Made by a program: the position numbers and the translations under genes. From positions 2,693 to 66,692 of the forward strand of contig CAZPVS010000002.1 of assembly GCA_964590315.1 (NCBI GenBank): DNA of 64,000 bases, in the 5' to 3' direction. The notes beneath the pieces are model-generated. The model was not told the origin of the DNA, did no database searches, and saw nothing but the letters and a program-made list of their open reading frames with translations. This document shows positions 9,783-19,136 of this stretch, piece after piece; position 1 is the first letter of the stretch, and each line of letters opens with the position of its first letter. The DNA comes from an uncultured Candidatus Saccharibacteria bacterium. GTDB lineage: Bacteria > Patescibacteriota > Saccharimonadia > Saccharimonadales > JALRHH01.

Positions 9783-10232
9783 ATCAGATACAGTTTATCA
9801 GAAGCTTATGCGTTCTCATATCTTTCACAATCCATACGTGTAACCTATGAACTCTGGAAGATAGCAGATGTAATATATGAAGTGGGTTGAGGGTGGGGTG
9901 TCGGGTGAACAGTGTGTTAGCGCAGAGCGCCGACAAATCGTTAGCCCCCCACGGGACGATTCATCCACACTGTCCACCCGGGGAGCAACGCGAAACTTCG
10001 CGTATCCCTCCCCGCGAAGGAGAATACCGAACAATAATAGCCAAAAAAGCAGCTACGCGTTAGTATTTCCCTTCTGGAATATCAGTAAGACCTCTCGGAC
10101 ACAGTTCATAAAGGCATGTAAATGCATTTATAGCGAAGAGTGAACGGGTCGGCGGTGGGAGAGCCGCACAAATTACTGATATCAGGTATCTCTATATTAC
10201 ATCTGCAGGTACAAATCTCACACTTGAGACTG
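9783..10232 (-). promoter_or_regulatory. Long structured 5' leader or ncRNA upstream of gltX; class unresolved, T-box-like not confirmed
   Basis: About 450 nt without a credible ORF, lying between a near-consensus promoter and the gltX ATG. Nested helices: 9903-9916 pairs with 9966-9979 (13 of 14), 9980-9985 with 10008-10013, 9989-10002 forms a hairpin, and 10079-10088 pairs with 10173-10182 (10 of 10). Confidence 0.5.
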
Positions 10233-10239
10233 TAATTTA

Positions 10240-10268
10240 ATAATAGTATAAAAGTAACAAAAAGTCAA
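10240..10268 (-). promoter_or_regulatory. Sigma70-type promoter driving the gltX leader
   Basis: Minus strand reads TTGACT (10268-10263), a 17-nt spacer, then TATTAT (10245-10240). Confidence 0.6.
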
Positions 10269-10279
10269 CCCAAATAGCG

Positions 10280-11383
10280 CTAGAGACTGCCGGCAATACG
10301 CAGGAGTTGGTCGCTGTTCAGGTCTGCTTCGCCTTCGATGCTGTACCAGACCCCGCCGTCAACCCACGTTGCTTTGGTCCCATCATAAATATAGATTGTA
10401 CGGCCATTGGCTTGATATGTCTGGTATGGTTGGTTGGTGGTGGTCACGAAGTTTTCGAGTAGAGTCTCACTATTCCATGACGAGTTCTTCTGGATGACAT
10501 TGAATTGCCGTTTGTCACTGTGCGATTTGTAATTGATGGTGACTTGACCGGGAGCGTATTGAATTGGTCCGGCGATACTGAATCCTGATGGTTGATAAGA
10601 TGGCAAATTTGCACGGAGTCCCGCACGAGTTGCAGCCATCTTCATGGTGAGTTCTGGCAAGTTTTGGTATGCAAAGAATCCGCCAACTGCAAGTGCCACA
10701 ACTGTAAAGCCTGCTACGCTGACAATACGAGGGCTTACGTGTAACTTCCGGGCAACCTTGTGATGCGCGCGAACCTTTTTAAGCTTTGGTTGCTGGTGAC
10801 TTGTTGCGTTTTCAAGTGCAGATTGGAAGGGTTCGTGCGCTCTTTGAGGCGCAACAGTTGATGACTGTTGTGCCGTAGGCTTTTTTTGGCTTGGCTGCGG
10901 GAGAGCTGCTGGTGCATGTGAAGGGGCCTGACGTACCGGGAGTACCTCGGTCTTGATACTGGCAGCTTTGGCACCGAATTTACTTATCAGACTACTCTGG
11001 GATATTGCGTTGGCACGCAATACACGCCCCGGTTTGATTGCCTCTACTAATGTTTCGGGATGAGTGTTGTGCTCAGGGGACACAAGCGGTGTGGTGGCAC
11101 TTGTTTTGGCGTGTATTTTGGTTGCGATTGGTTTCTTGACGACCGTTCGCATCAGCGTGTGGGATTTCTCAGTCTTGTGATGTACCTTGGTAGCTCCGGG
11201 ATTGGTGGTGGCACTTCGTGGTCGTCGGGTAAAACCGTCAAGATGCTTTGGAGCCTGAGAAGTTATTCGTGCCGCAGTAGTAGCAGGACTTTTCTTTGGT
11301 GTGACTTCACCGCTGATTGGTTTGCCGGTCAAAGCATCAAATCGCTTCCCGTTTAACTCAATTATATGCTGGCGTTTTGCCAT
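10280..11383 (-). CDS. Membrane-anchored hypothetical protein with DUF4367-like C-terminal domain
   Basis: 367 aa. Basic disordered N-half, one TM (VAGFTVVALAVGGFFAY), a beta-rich C-terminal domain. The family assignment is tentative. Confidence 0.55.
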   Translation of the reverse strand: MAKRQHIIELNGKRFDALTGKPISGEVTPKKSPATTAARITSQAPKHLDGFTRRPRSATTNPGATKVHHKTEKSHTLMRTVVKKPIATKIHAKTSATTPLVSPEHNTHPETLVEAIKPGRVLRANAISQSSLISKFGAKAASIKTEVLPVRQAPSHAPAALPQPSQKKPTAQQSSTVAPQRAHEPFQSALENATSHQQPKLKKVRAHHKVARKLHVSPRIVSVAGFTVVALAVGGFFAYQNLPELTMKMAATRAGLRANLPSYQPSGFSIAGPIQYAPGQVTINYKSHSDKRQFNVIQKNSSWNSETLLENFVTTTNQPYQTYQANGRTIYIYDGTKATWVDGGVWYSIEGEADLNSDQLLRIAGSL

Positions 11384-11543
11384 ATGTTTGCTTTTCCCTA
11401 CCTTAAGCGCTTTAGCGTTGTAAGCATATCTTACTCTGATTCATCCCATGTTTGCAACATCTATTTGGATACTATTTTTATCCAGCCTTCCATATAATTT
11501 GTCATCTAGATTACGGGAGCTGATTTCTGTATGCTATATATAG

Positions 11544-13022
11544 ATGGATTTCTTAGATCCCCGTAAGCGACGGGCGCACAGTATACGACTCATGATTGGC
11601 TATATGCTTATTGCCATAGCATTGCTGCTCGCTGCAACCCTGCTTCTATTTGCATCTTTTGGCTACGGCATTAAGGGCTCGACCGGTGAGGTGATACAGA
11701 ATGGCTTGTTGTTCGTTGATGCGCATCCCGAACAGGCGTCGATTTTTATTAACGGCCAGGATAGAGGCAAAACAGATGGCCGTTATGTCATGGAAGCAGG
11801 AACATACAATGTCGAATTGCGACGGGATGGTTACCGGCCATGGAAGCGAGACTTTACACTGGAAGGTGGAAATATAGTCCGGTTGGTCTACCCCTTCCTG
11901 TTTCCGGATAAGCTTGCCTCAACTGATGTAGTTTCGCTGGATGAAACCCCCGATCTGCTCACGCAGTCTCCTGATCGGCGCTGGCTCATTGTGCATCAGC
12001 CTGCACGCTTTGCCACGTTCCAGGTGCTTGATACCGCATCGGACAAATATGTGGTAACCCAACAGGCACTCCCGGGAACCTTGTTCGCAGGTAAAACGGG
12101 CGTCCAGAAGCTTGAGCTCATGGAATGGTCGACCGACAACAGGCATTTTCTGCTGAAATATAGCTTTGACGGCGGGTTTGACTACCTTATCGTAGATAGG
12201 GAGAAGCCAGAACTGAGCTACAGCGTCAGTCAAACGTTCGGCAAGTCATTTGCAACCGTGACACTCCGTGACAAAAAATTTGATCAATTGTATTTGCTGG
12301 ATGCGCCGGGCGGACAGCTTCAGGCAGGAAACGTTAAAAGTAGATCCATCACAGCTGTAGCGGATGGCGTGCAGGCTTTCTGGCCGTATAAAGAGGATAT
12401 TCTCGTCTATGCCACCACGGTGGATGCACCACAGGGCAAGACCCTCATTAAACTTAAAAACGGTCAAGTAACCTATACAGTCCGTGAAGTGATGACGGCG
12501 CCTGTGTACGTACTGAATTACGCTGAATTTGATGGGGAGGAATACCTGGTGGCAGGGTCAAATGTTGATGGTAAGACATATGTGTATCGAGATGTCATTC
12601 AGCAGCTTGAAGCTGATAAAACAAAACGGCCGATTGTCACAACCCTGCTCCGCGTTGATAACCTTGAGTATCTGAGTTTCTCCTCGAATGCGCGATTTAT
12701 CGCCATCCAGGGGGGCGCTGCGTTTTCGGTGTATGATCTGGAGACAAAGCAACATTATCGCTACGACACGGGTCTGAAACTTGCGTCCAAGCAAAAAGCG
12801 ACATGGATGGATGGCCATCGATTGATGCTCATCAATGCTGATAATAAAATGGTTGTGTTTGATTACGATAATCTAAACAAGCAGACATTAATGACGACAA
12901 ACCTGTCATTTGTTCCAGCGTTTGACCGTGACTATAATCAGATTTTTACTGTTAGCCCGTCGGTGACTAATGCAGGTAAGACAGCGATAGTGAGTACAGA
13001 TCTTAATCTAGGTAAAAATTAA
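11544..13022 (+). CDS. PEGA domain-containing membrane protein
   Basis: 492 aa. N-terminal TM, then a PEGA-like module ASIFINGQDRGKTDGRYVMEAGTYNVELRRDGYRPWKRDFTLEGG, followed by a large beta-rich domain. Confidence 0.7.
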   Translation: MDFLDPRKRRAHSIRLMIGYMLIAIALLLAATLLLFASFGYGIKGSTGEVIQNGLLFVDAHPEQASIFINGQDRGKTDGRYVMEAGTYNVELRRDGYRPWKRDFTLEGGNIVRLVYPFLFPDKLASTDVVSLDETPDLLTQSPDRRWLIVHQPARFATFQVLDTASDKYVVTQQALPGTLFAGKTGVQKLELMEWSTDNRHFLLKYSFDGGFDYLIVDREKPELSYSVSQTFGKSFATVTLRDKKFDQLYLLDAPGGQLQAGNVKSRSITAVADGVQAFWPYKEDILVYATTVDAPQGKTLIKLKNGQVTYTVREVMTAPVYVLNYAEFDGEEYLVAGSNVDGKTYVYRDVIQQLEADKTKRPIVTTLLRVDNLEYLSFSSNARFIAIQGGAAFSVYDLETKQHYRYDTGLKLASKQKATWMDGHRLMLINADNKMVVFDYDNLNKQTLMTTNLSFVPAFDRDYNQIFTVSPSVTNAGKTAIVSTDLNLGKN

Positions 13023-13036
13023 CTGAGGTTGAAACG

Positions 13037-14278
13037 CTAGCTACTGAACCAGCTTTTGATGCGTTGCCAGAGAGTTGGGGAATCGCTTGGCAAAATAGCG
13101 GGATCGGCGGCGATGTTTTTGGCCGTACTTGCAACGTTCCCGGCGGGGTCAGGGCTGATCTGCTCGGCGTATACCACGAGGCGATTGAGACTGGTGCCAG
13201 GCGGGTCACAGGTTATCAATGTAAACGTAGCGGCTTTGTCTGGCCATGAAGCATAGAGCACTTCAACCTCTGTCGGAGCAACAATCTTTTTCTCAAACAC
13301 ACGGTAGACGTATCGTTTGCCGTCCTTTTGGATGTAGAATGTGTCGCCAGCTTCTAGCCGCTTTAAGAGGACAAAGGCAAATTTGTATTTACCCTTGTTG
13401 AGTATGTTGTTGGCTGAGTGGCCAAATATGACACCATTGCCAATCTCACCGGGATTAGACGTTGTCGGGTAATGCACCACGCCCTTCTCAAGCGCACGCT
13501 GTATTGCTGCCTCATCGATAGTCGGCTCGTCATAAATAACCGGCACCTCAACGTTAATCTTAGGGATGACAATCTTGGATTCTGGGCCAACGGCGACACT
13601 ATTAGGATCAATGATAATCGGCGTTGAGCTGACGTTCTTGCTGGGTGTTATAAATGGTGCAATAAACCGCTCATTAAAAAAGCCAAACATAAAAATAAGC
13701 AGAACTATGAATCCTGCACCGAGCCCAAACAACAATGATTGGACGTGCGGATTACGTTGTTTCTTGCTCCTTGTACCGATGGTATCGATCAGCTGTTTTT
13801 TGATATCACTCACTGAGCGCATATCGTGTTTAGGCGATGGTGTTGGACGGGCGTGGTGTGGTGCGGCTGGGGTCGCTACTGCTTTGTTATTGTGGTCACG
13901 GGGTGTATCTGCGGATGAATGGTGGGATGCCGCTTGTGAATGGTTGACATAGAATTCTTGCCAAACTTCGTGTTTTTCTGCGTTCGGTAAATTGACATAG
14001 TAATTGTGCCAGGCTGTCTGTATCTCGGCGAGCGATTTACCGGAATGGCTGAGGTCGTACATGTACTGCTGATGCTTTGATCGGTGGCTGACCTGATCTA
14101 TCTCAGCGATCTCTTCCTTGGCTTTTGGTTCGTCTACATAGAGATCAGCAAGCTTTTGGCGAATAAGATCTGCGGCTGGATTAGCTGACGTATTACCTGG
14201 TTGTACGTTGCCATGCAGTGGCTGGACCACTTTACGTGAACGGGAGGGTAATTGGGGGTAATCATCCTGTGGTTTCAT
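13037..14278 (-). CDS. Sortase-family transpeptidase with long N-terminal region and TM anchor
   Basis: Catalytic motifs GVIFGHSANN (His) and TLITCDPPGT (TLxTC Cys). The track ORF (to 14422) overlaps tRNA-Leu, so the start was moved to the ATG at 14276-14278 (MKPQDDYPQL). Confidence 0.8.
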   Translation of the reverse strand: MKPQDDYPQLPSRSRKVVQPLHGNVQPGNTSANPAADLIRQKLADLYVDEPKAKEEIAEIDQVSHRSKHQQYMYDLSHSGKSLAEIQTAWHNYYVNLPNAEKHEVWQEFYVNHSQAASHHSSADTPRDHNNKAVATPAAPHHARPTPSPKHDMRSVSDIKKQLIDTIGTRSKKQRNPHVQSLLFGLGAGFIVLLIFMFGFFNERFIAPFITPSKNVSSTPIIIDPNSVAVGPESKIVIPKINVEVPVIYDEPTIDEAAIQRALEKGVVHYPTTSNPGEIGNGVIFGHSANNILNKGKYKFAFVLLKRLEAGDTFYIQKDGKRYVYRVFEKKIVAPTEVEVLYASWPDKAATFTLITCDPPGTSLNRLVVYAEQISPDPAGNVASTAKNIAADPAILPSDSPTLWQRIKSWFSS

Positions 14279-14396
14279 CTCATATTTAGTATACCTGATA
14301 CTCCCTCGCTCGTGACAATAACGGCATGCCCTATGGAATAGTTGGTCGATATAGTACAATATTCCCCTGTAATAGCAGTGTTCTTTGAAAATTTGT

Positions 14397-14483
14397 GCCG
14401 CGGTGATGGAATTGGTAGACATGCTAGACTCAAAATCTGGTGAGCATTAGCTCGTGCCGGTTCAAGTCCGGCCCGCGGTACCA
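14397..14483 (+). tRNA. tRNA-Leu (anticodon CAA), CCA encoded
   Basis: Manual fold: acceptor GCCGCGG/CCGCGGT, anticodon arm CTAGA-CTCAAAA-TCTGG, long variable arm, T arm GCCGG-TTCAAGT-CCGGC, discriminator A plus CCA. Confidence 0.9.
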
Positions 14484-14507
14484 ATTTTCAAGGAAAGATT
14501 GAGGTGA

Positions 14508-14613
14508 GAAGTGCCTGTGGCACTTCGCAAGGAAACGTTCCGGCGCAAGCTGTGCTTGCAGCAGTGAACTTTAGCGCCGGCGAAACGCCGGTCGAGTCCC
14601 TCCTCCGGCACCA
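14508..14613 (+). other. Unassigned structured element ending in a tRNA-like 3' terminus
   Basis: Perfect hairpin GAAGTGCC-TGT-GGCACTTC (14508-14526). GC helices CCGGCGC/GCGCCGG. The 3' end GGTCGAGTCCCTCCTCCGGCACCA resembles a T-loop plus acceptor plus ACCA, but no matching 5' acceptor strand exists. Confidence 0.3.
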
Positions 14614-14632
14614 CATACAAAGAACAAAGAGA

Positions 14633-14659
14633 GTCTACATAAATATTTATTATGTAGAC
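14633..14659. terminator. Perfect 10-bp stem-loop, probable bidirectional terminator
   Basis: GTCTACATAA-atattta-TTATGTAGAC. The minus-strand side is followed by a T-rich tract (TCTCTTTGTTCTTTG) downstream of the 14821-15597 gene. Confidence 0.45.
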
Positions 14660-14820
14660 TGTTGGACGGTGAGTATCTTCCAGTGAGGTTTTCGCTCCAT
14701 GAATTCCCTGCCACCGCGGACGGCCGCAAGCATGTCTGTATGAACCGCGTCCAAAATAGATTCTTGCGTTTCGGTCGCACGGCCGTTTATATGATCGATC
14801 ACTGCCCTGGATGTTAGAAA

Positions 14821-15597
14821 TCATCCTTTGCCTCCAGATGGTCTCCAGTGGTGTGATAATGCACTGTTGCCGAGCGCCACACCACCAATGCAAGTCGGAT
14901 CGTTGCGTACGCCCTTAGCCAGCTGCTCATTGCTCTTGACGTGCCGGCGGTATATCACGGGTGTTTTCTGCTCATACCCGTAGAACAATAAGTCGGTATT
15001 GCCTGACCAATCGTCATACGGTAGCGCTGGTAAAGCAACGGCGTTTGCGTTCTGCTTGAGATTAGCGACAGCAAGACTCGTCTCTTCGCTCAGGAGGCCT
15101 ATGAGTATTGAAGCATCTTCACTCTGTCGGAGTACCCGGGCGGAGGCTTCGTATACTGATTCAACTTGTCCGGCGATTATGCCGTACATACCGTCGCGCT
15201 GTATAAGCTTCCGGCGCAAGGCGAGTGATTCATAATCATCAACGTTGGCAGAAAACAGAATAGGAAGGAGTACATGCTGGTCGATAAGTTCTGCATGAAG
15301 CTGTGCCCGATAGTGCAAATCAACAGATGCACTATCATGACAGCGCAATTGCTCAGCTTGAGTATGGACATAGTGCTCAAGACCATCTTTATATGCATCA
15401 AAATACATATCCCAGGCCCCATTGAGAGTACTAGTTCGGGTACGAAGGCGATCCTGGACCAGTTCGATTTCCGAACCGATGCTCACATAGCGCACCTCGG
15501 GAGTATTGCCCGCTCTATAATGCTGCTCGAACAAGGCACGATAGCGAGAGTTCATATCCGGCGTGCGAATTCCATTGTGCAACTGGGGCGTTTCCAT
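14821..15597 (-). CDS. Hypothetical protein
   Basis: 258-aa ORF with no motif I recognise. Confidence 0.5.
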   Translation of the reverse strand: METPQLHNGIRTPDMNSRYRALFEQHYRAGNTPEVRYVSIGSEIELVQDRLRTRTSTLNGAWDMYFDAYKDGLEHYVHTQAEQLRCHDSASVDLHYRAQLHAELIDQHVLLPILFSANVDDYESLALRRKLIQRDGMYGIIAGQVESVYEASARVLRQSEDASILIGLLSEETSLAVANLKQNANAVALPALPYDDWSGNTDLLFYGYEQKTPVIYRRHVKSNEQLAKGVRNDPTCIGGVALGNSALSHHWRPSGGKG

Positions 15598-15631
15598 GGT
15601 CGGATAATAATACCATAATATTGTATAAAAT

Positions 15632-16459
15632 CTAGAGCTCTATCAGAGAGGATGTGATAGCCTCGAATGCTTGCTTCGGGTGCTGCATCCACCATACAGA
15701 AGCATGGGTTGCAGTCATCAGACGCCATACTCCCCTGTCTTCCGACATTTTGGTAGTACTGACACGTCCTTCGCTTGCAACATAGAATGTATTAAGATGC
15801 TTAACCACGATGTGGGCCGGGTGAACCGTTGTAAGCTCATGCAGGGTGTCAACTAATCGCAACATATCCATGTCAAAAGTCAGCGCACGACTAAATTGCG
15901 CATGGGTAGCTAATTTTTGCAACTGAGCAAAGCTTGCAACTATGGTGGTGTTTGGTCGGTCAAGTACTGCCCGAGGGAGTTGGGTGAAGTAGTCGAGTGC
16001 ATCCTTGGTGATGGTCAGTTGGCCTGTATATTTTGTAATAAAAGCTTCAAGAACAATTGCCGTCTCGCTGTTTCTGCCAAAATCGCCAGGCAGCAGGACT
16101 GCATCTGCCCACGCGGCATTATTAAGCCAGGTGTCGAGACTTGGCTGTGCAAAGCTGCCACTTGGTGTGCTGGCGGCAAACTCCGCTTCCGGCAAGAAAC
16201 CACCAACGATTTTTTGAATTGCGGTTGGCAACACGACACGAGTAGCCCCTGCCCCTGCCCGAGTCGCTTCTGTATAGGCGCTTGCCGGTGCTGAAAAGCC
16301 GTGCAGATTACCCCCAATAATTAGCAGCTTGCCGGCGTGTAATTTGTTTTCAGGCTTACTCCATGCGAGCTCAGGAAACAACGGCTGTGAAACAATTTGA
16401 CGGAGCCAGTAGCTGTTTGTCATGGGTATAATTTTATGGTATAAGTTTTGTAATGCCAA
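15632..16459 (-). CDS. YjeF C-terminal/NAD(P)H-hydrate dehydratase-like carbohydrate kinase fold protein (divergent)
   Basis: 275 aa. HAGKLLIIGGNLHGFSAPASAYTEATRAGAGATRVVLP resembles the HKGxxGxxxxIGGSxxYxGAxxLAAxAAxRxGAG motif. The C-terminal GDVLxG motif is not evident. The start may instead be Met13 (16423). Confidence 0.5.
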   Translation of the reverse strand: MALQNLYHKIIPMTNSYWLRQIVSQPLFPELAWSKPENKLHAGKLLIIGGNLHGFSAPASAYTEATRAGAGATRVVLPTAIQKIVGGFLPEAEFAASTPSGSFAQPSLDTWLNNAAWADAVLLPGDFGRNSETAIVLEAFITKYTGQLTITKDALDYFTQLPRAVLDRPNTTIVASFAQLQKLATHAQFSRALTFDMDMLRLVDTLHELTTVHPAHIVVKHLNTFYVASEGRVSTTKMSEDRGVWRLMTATHASVWWMQHPKQAFEAITSSLIEL

Positions 16460-17088
16460 ACAAGAAATATATTACACCAGCGGAGCGGGCACTGAGCTGG
16501 TGGATGCATCAAGAACACGAACAGCAATCTGCTCAAAATTTTCAGATGCGTCAGGGTCACCCGCAGCGGGCATGTAATGATATCTTGTGGGGCGAGTTGC
16601 CACGGCGGTGGACTAGCTATCAGTACTATCAAGGCGTAAGAGAGCACGAACCACAGCCAGATGTTCAGTTAGTCTTGAGGGCTACTCAGCAATTATTAAA
16701 ACTGTGTGCAGCGTCACGGCGTGCTTTTGTTCTGGATGCTCAGCTCCGTGGCGTTGCTGTTGAGCGGGCACATAACGTGAGCTGGGGTATTCTTGACAAT
16801 TATTACGAGAATGTGCATCGTGGAAAAGAGTTCCTCCCAGCATCTAAATTACTGGGAGAAGTAGCGCTTTCTGCTGCTGTGAATAAGTACTATGGTCCAG
16901 ATGCTAAAAAATATGGTGAGCCGTACCCCACATATATTGCCGCCATAGGGTTTGCATTACTTGATTTGGAGCAACAGCCTAAGCCAACAGGTGAGTATGC
17001 AAACTGGTCGAAGCCGCTCCTGCCGGAGCCTGGGCACCTGACTGGCGATATAGTGGCCTGCGTGCTACCGTTAGACATTACGCAATAG
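16453..17088 (+). CDS. Hypothetical protein
   Basis: 211-aa ORF with no recognisable motif. Confidence 0.45.
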   Translation: MPNKKYITPAERALSWWMHQEHEQQSAQNFQMRQGHPQRACNDILWGELPRRWTSYQYYQGVREHEPQPDVQLVLRATQQLLKLCAASRRAFVLDAQLRGVAVERAHNVSWGILDNYYENVHRGKEFLPASKLLGEVALSAAVNKYYGPDAKKYGEPYPTYIAAIGFALLDLEQQPKPTGEYANWSKPLLPEPGHLTGDIVACVLPLDITQ

Positions 17089-17803
17089 TGAGTATGTAAT
17101 CCCCCGCTCGGGGATTGAGCTCATAGACGCAATTTTTGCGTTCAACGACTACTTTCCACTGGTTTGACTTAGCCGCGCTGAGCAGGCCGGCTGTAGGGTT
17201 GAAGACAATAGGCCGCTCAACCATCTCGAACATTGCAATATCACCCTCGCTGTCCCCTACTGCGATACTTCCCTCTGTGGTAGCCCCATGTTTTGCGATC
17301 AAATCATTAAGGATTTCGCCCTTGCGCCCAATGACACCTGTATAGTTACCAGTAAAGTATTCGTTATCGCGCTCGTGTATATTGCCGACATAATCATCAA
17401 ATCCGTAATAATCCGCTAATTTGGCAATGATTTCGTGATGTGAGCCGGATATAGTAAATAGTAGATAGCCTTGTGACTTGAGGCTCGTAATAAGATCGCG
17501 GGTATAGGTATAGACCTGGTCCTTGTACTCCTCAAACACATCATCTACTACTTGCATAAAGTCGCTTACTTTGACGGTATGAAGGGCTTCATAGTAAGCA
17601 TGGACAAGCACCATCTCGTACTCCGCATATGATTCGCTATGCGTGCGACGCTTCCAGGTCATCCGGGCTGCAGAAATCTGTTCTGCGGCGCCCTCAGCCA
17701 GGAGCTGCCGTTTAGCAAGCTCACTAACAATTGAGTGATAGAGCTGCCACCGAATGATGGTTCCATCAATATCAAAGACTGCAAAAGGCTTTTTTCTAGT
17801 CAT
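17078..17803 (-). CDS. HAD-superfamily hydrolase (subfamily IB-like)
   Basis: Motif I FAVFDIDGTII and late motif VGDSEGD. Start moved to MTRKKPFAVFDIDG (ATG 17801-17803), giving a short overlap with the upstream NUDIX stop. Confidence 0.75.
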   Translation of the reverse strand: MTRKKPFAVFDIDGTIIRWQLYHSIVSELAKRQLLAEGAAEQISAARMTWKRRTHSESYAEYEMVLVHAYYEALHTVKVSDFMQVVDDVFEEYKDQVYTYTRDLITSLKSQGYLLFTISGSHHEIIAKLADYYGFDDYVGNIHERDNEYFTGNYTGVIGRKGEILNDLIAKHGATTEGSIAVGDSEGDIAMFEMVERPIVFNPTAGLLSAAKSNQWKVVVERKNCVYELNPRAGDYILTIA

Positions 17804-18290
17804 CAAATCCCTCGACTGTCTGGATCTCGTGCGCAATCATCTTATCGTTTTCGTCAAAGGTAAAGGAGCCCCGCACCCTGTCGCCCGCAAGAACCAAGGG
17901 TAGCCAGTGCTCATCGTCATCCCACATGTCACCATACGGAATGTAATCCAGGGAATACCACGTAGGCTTCATCTCTTCTGATTCAGACGGTTCGCCCGTC
18001 CACTCCTCTGTTATGTAGGCATACACGTACATATGCCAGGGGTCAGTCTCGGCGTCTTGCACGAAGTCCAGCTCAGCAACTTTCTGCCAGTTTTTTGGTG
18101 TGACGTTGATTTCTTCTTGGCATTCTCGAACGAGCGCAGCTTCAATAGTCTCTCCGGCTTCGATTTTACCGCCAACGCCATTCCACTTTCCTGCCCCAAA
18201 ACCACGTTTTTTCATGGCGAGCAGTACCTCGTTATCTTTACGAAGGAAAAGGAGGGTTCTCCGAATATCGGGGTGTGCTTCGCGCGCCAT
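17796..18290 (-). CDS. NUDIX hydrolase (MutT-like)
   Basis: 164 aa. Nudix box GKWNGVGGKIEAGETIEAALVRECQEEINV. Confidence 0.8.
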   Translation of the reverse strand: MAREAHPDIRRTLLFLRKDNEVLLAMKKRGFGAGKWNGVGGKIEAGETIEAALVRECQEEINVTPKNWQKVAELDFVQDAETDPWHMYVYAYITEEWTGEPSESEEMKPTWYSLDYIPYGDMWDDDEHWLPLVLAGDRVRGSFTFDENDKMIAHEIQTVEGFDD

Positions 18291-19088
18291 TTATGTCTCC
18301 AGTCTTATGCTTACGGGGCAGTGATCGGAGCCCATTTGCTCCGCATGGATTTCAGCTGCAGTGACCTTAGGCTTGAGCGTTTGTGAGACTAGGAAATAAT
18401 CAATGCGCCACCCAACATTTCTAGCGCGAGCATTTGCAAAATGGCTCCACCAGGTATAGTGCCCTGCGCCTTGCGTAAATATACGGAATGTATCAACAAA
18501 CCCAGCACTGAGCCAGTTATCAAAGCCGCTGCGCTCTTCTAGTGTGAACCCTTTTTTACCTTTATTGGGCTTGGGGTTTGCCAGGTCATCTTCTGTGTGC
18601 GCCACGTTCATATCTCCGCAGTAAATAACCGGCTTGTGCTCCTGCAATTGTGCGCAATATGCCACCATAGCAGCATCCCATTTTTGCCGCAGCGGAATAC
18701 GAGTCAAATCGTCCTTGGCATTTGGGGTGTAGGCCGTTACCACGTAAAAATCAGTAAACTCAGCGGCGATAACCCTTCCCTCATGGTTGGCACTGCCGTA
18801 ATTGTCTGCCTCCAGCCCGCTTATTGTGGCAATATCTTCTGGAATGTCGTTAATAATTGCGATGGGTTTGTCGCGGGTAAAGATGGCGGTGCCGCTGTAG
18901 CCTTTTTTATTTTGTGATGAGTTCCAGTACTCCTCGTATCCGCTCAGATCGATTTCTGCTTGTCCCTGCTCTGCTTTAGTTTCTTGTAGACATAAGATGT
19001 CCGGGTCATATTTGGCCATGAATTCCTGAAAAGCACCCTTTTTCACCACCGCCCTAATTCCATTGACGTTCCACGAGTATATATTCAT
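18291..19088 (-). CDS. xth: Exodeoxyribonuclease III (AP endonuclease)
   Basis: MNIYSWNVNGIRA...DILCLQETK...DHCPV are Xth/ExoA hallmarks. The start is set at Met9 of the track ORF, 7 nt after a TATACT -10 box. Confidence 0.88.
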   Translation of the reverse strand: MNIYSWNVNGIRAVVKKGAFQEFMAKYDPDILCLQETKAEQGQAEIDLSGYEEYWNSSQNKKGYSGTAIFTRDKPIAIINDIPEDIATISGLEADNYGSANHEGRVIAAEFTDFYVVTAYTPNAKDDLTRIPLRQKWDAAMVAYCAQLQEHKPVIYCGDMNVAHTEDDLANPKPNKGKKGFTLEERSGFDNWLSAGFVDTFRIFTQGAGHYTWWSHFANARARNVGWRIDYFLVSQTLKPKVTAAEIHAEQMGSDHCPVSIRLET

Positions 19089-19136
19089 GCCTGTAAGTAT
19101 AGCGGCCATCACTCCTATCTGCTAGACTAAGGTTTA

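Noticed and set aside
9825-10143. ORFs 9825-10034 (minus) and 9877-10143 (plus). Also the idea that this region is RNase P RNA or tmRNA, because GGGTGAAC...CCACCCGGGGAGCAA resembles RNase P S-domain strings and an NNNSQKSSYAL peptide resembles a tmRNA tag.
   Set aside because: The ORFs lie inside dense helices and have no start signals. No GGAAAGTCC (P4) or ACAGAACCCGGCTTA-type motif is present for RNase P. There is no tRNA-like T arm/ACCA end, and no stop follows the tag-like peptide, which argues against tmRNA. The region is kept only as an unclassified structured leader.
14462-14893. 143-aa minus-strand ORF covering the tRNA-Leu 3' end and the structured intergenic region
   Set aside because: It overlaps a confident tRNA and hairpin-rich non-coding sequence. 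It has no RBS or motif, and the real neighbouring gene (14821-15597) is in another frame.
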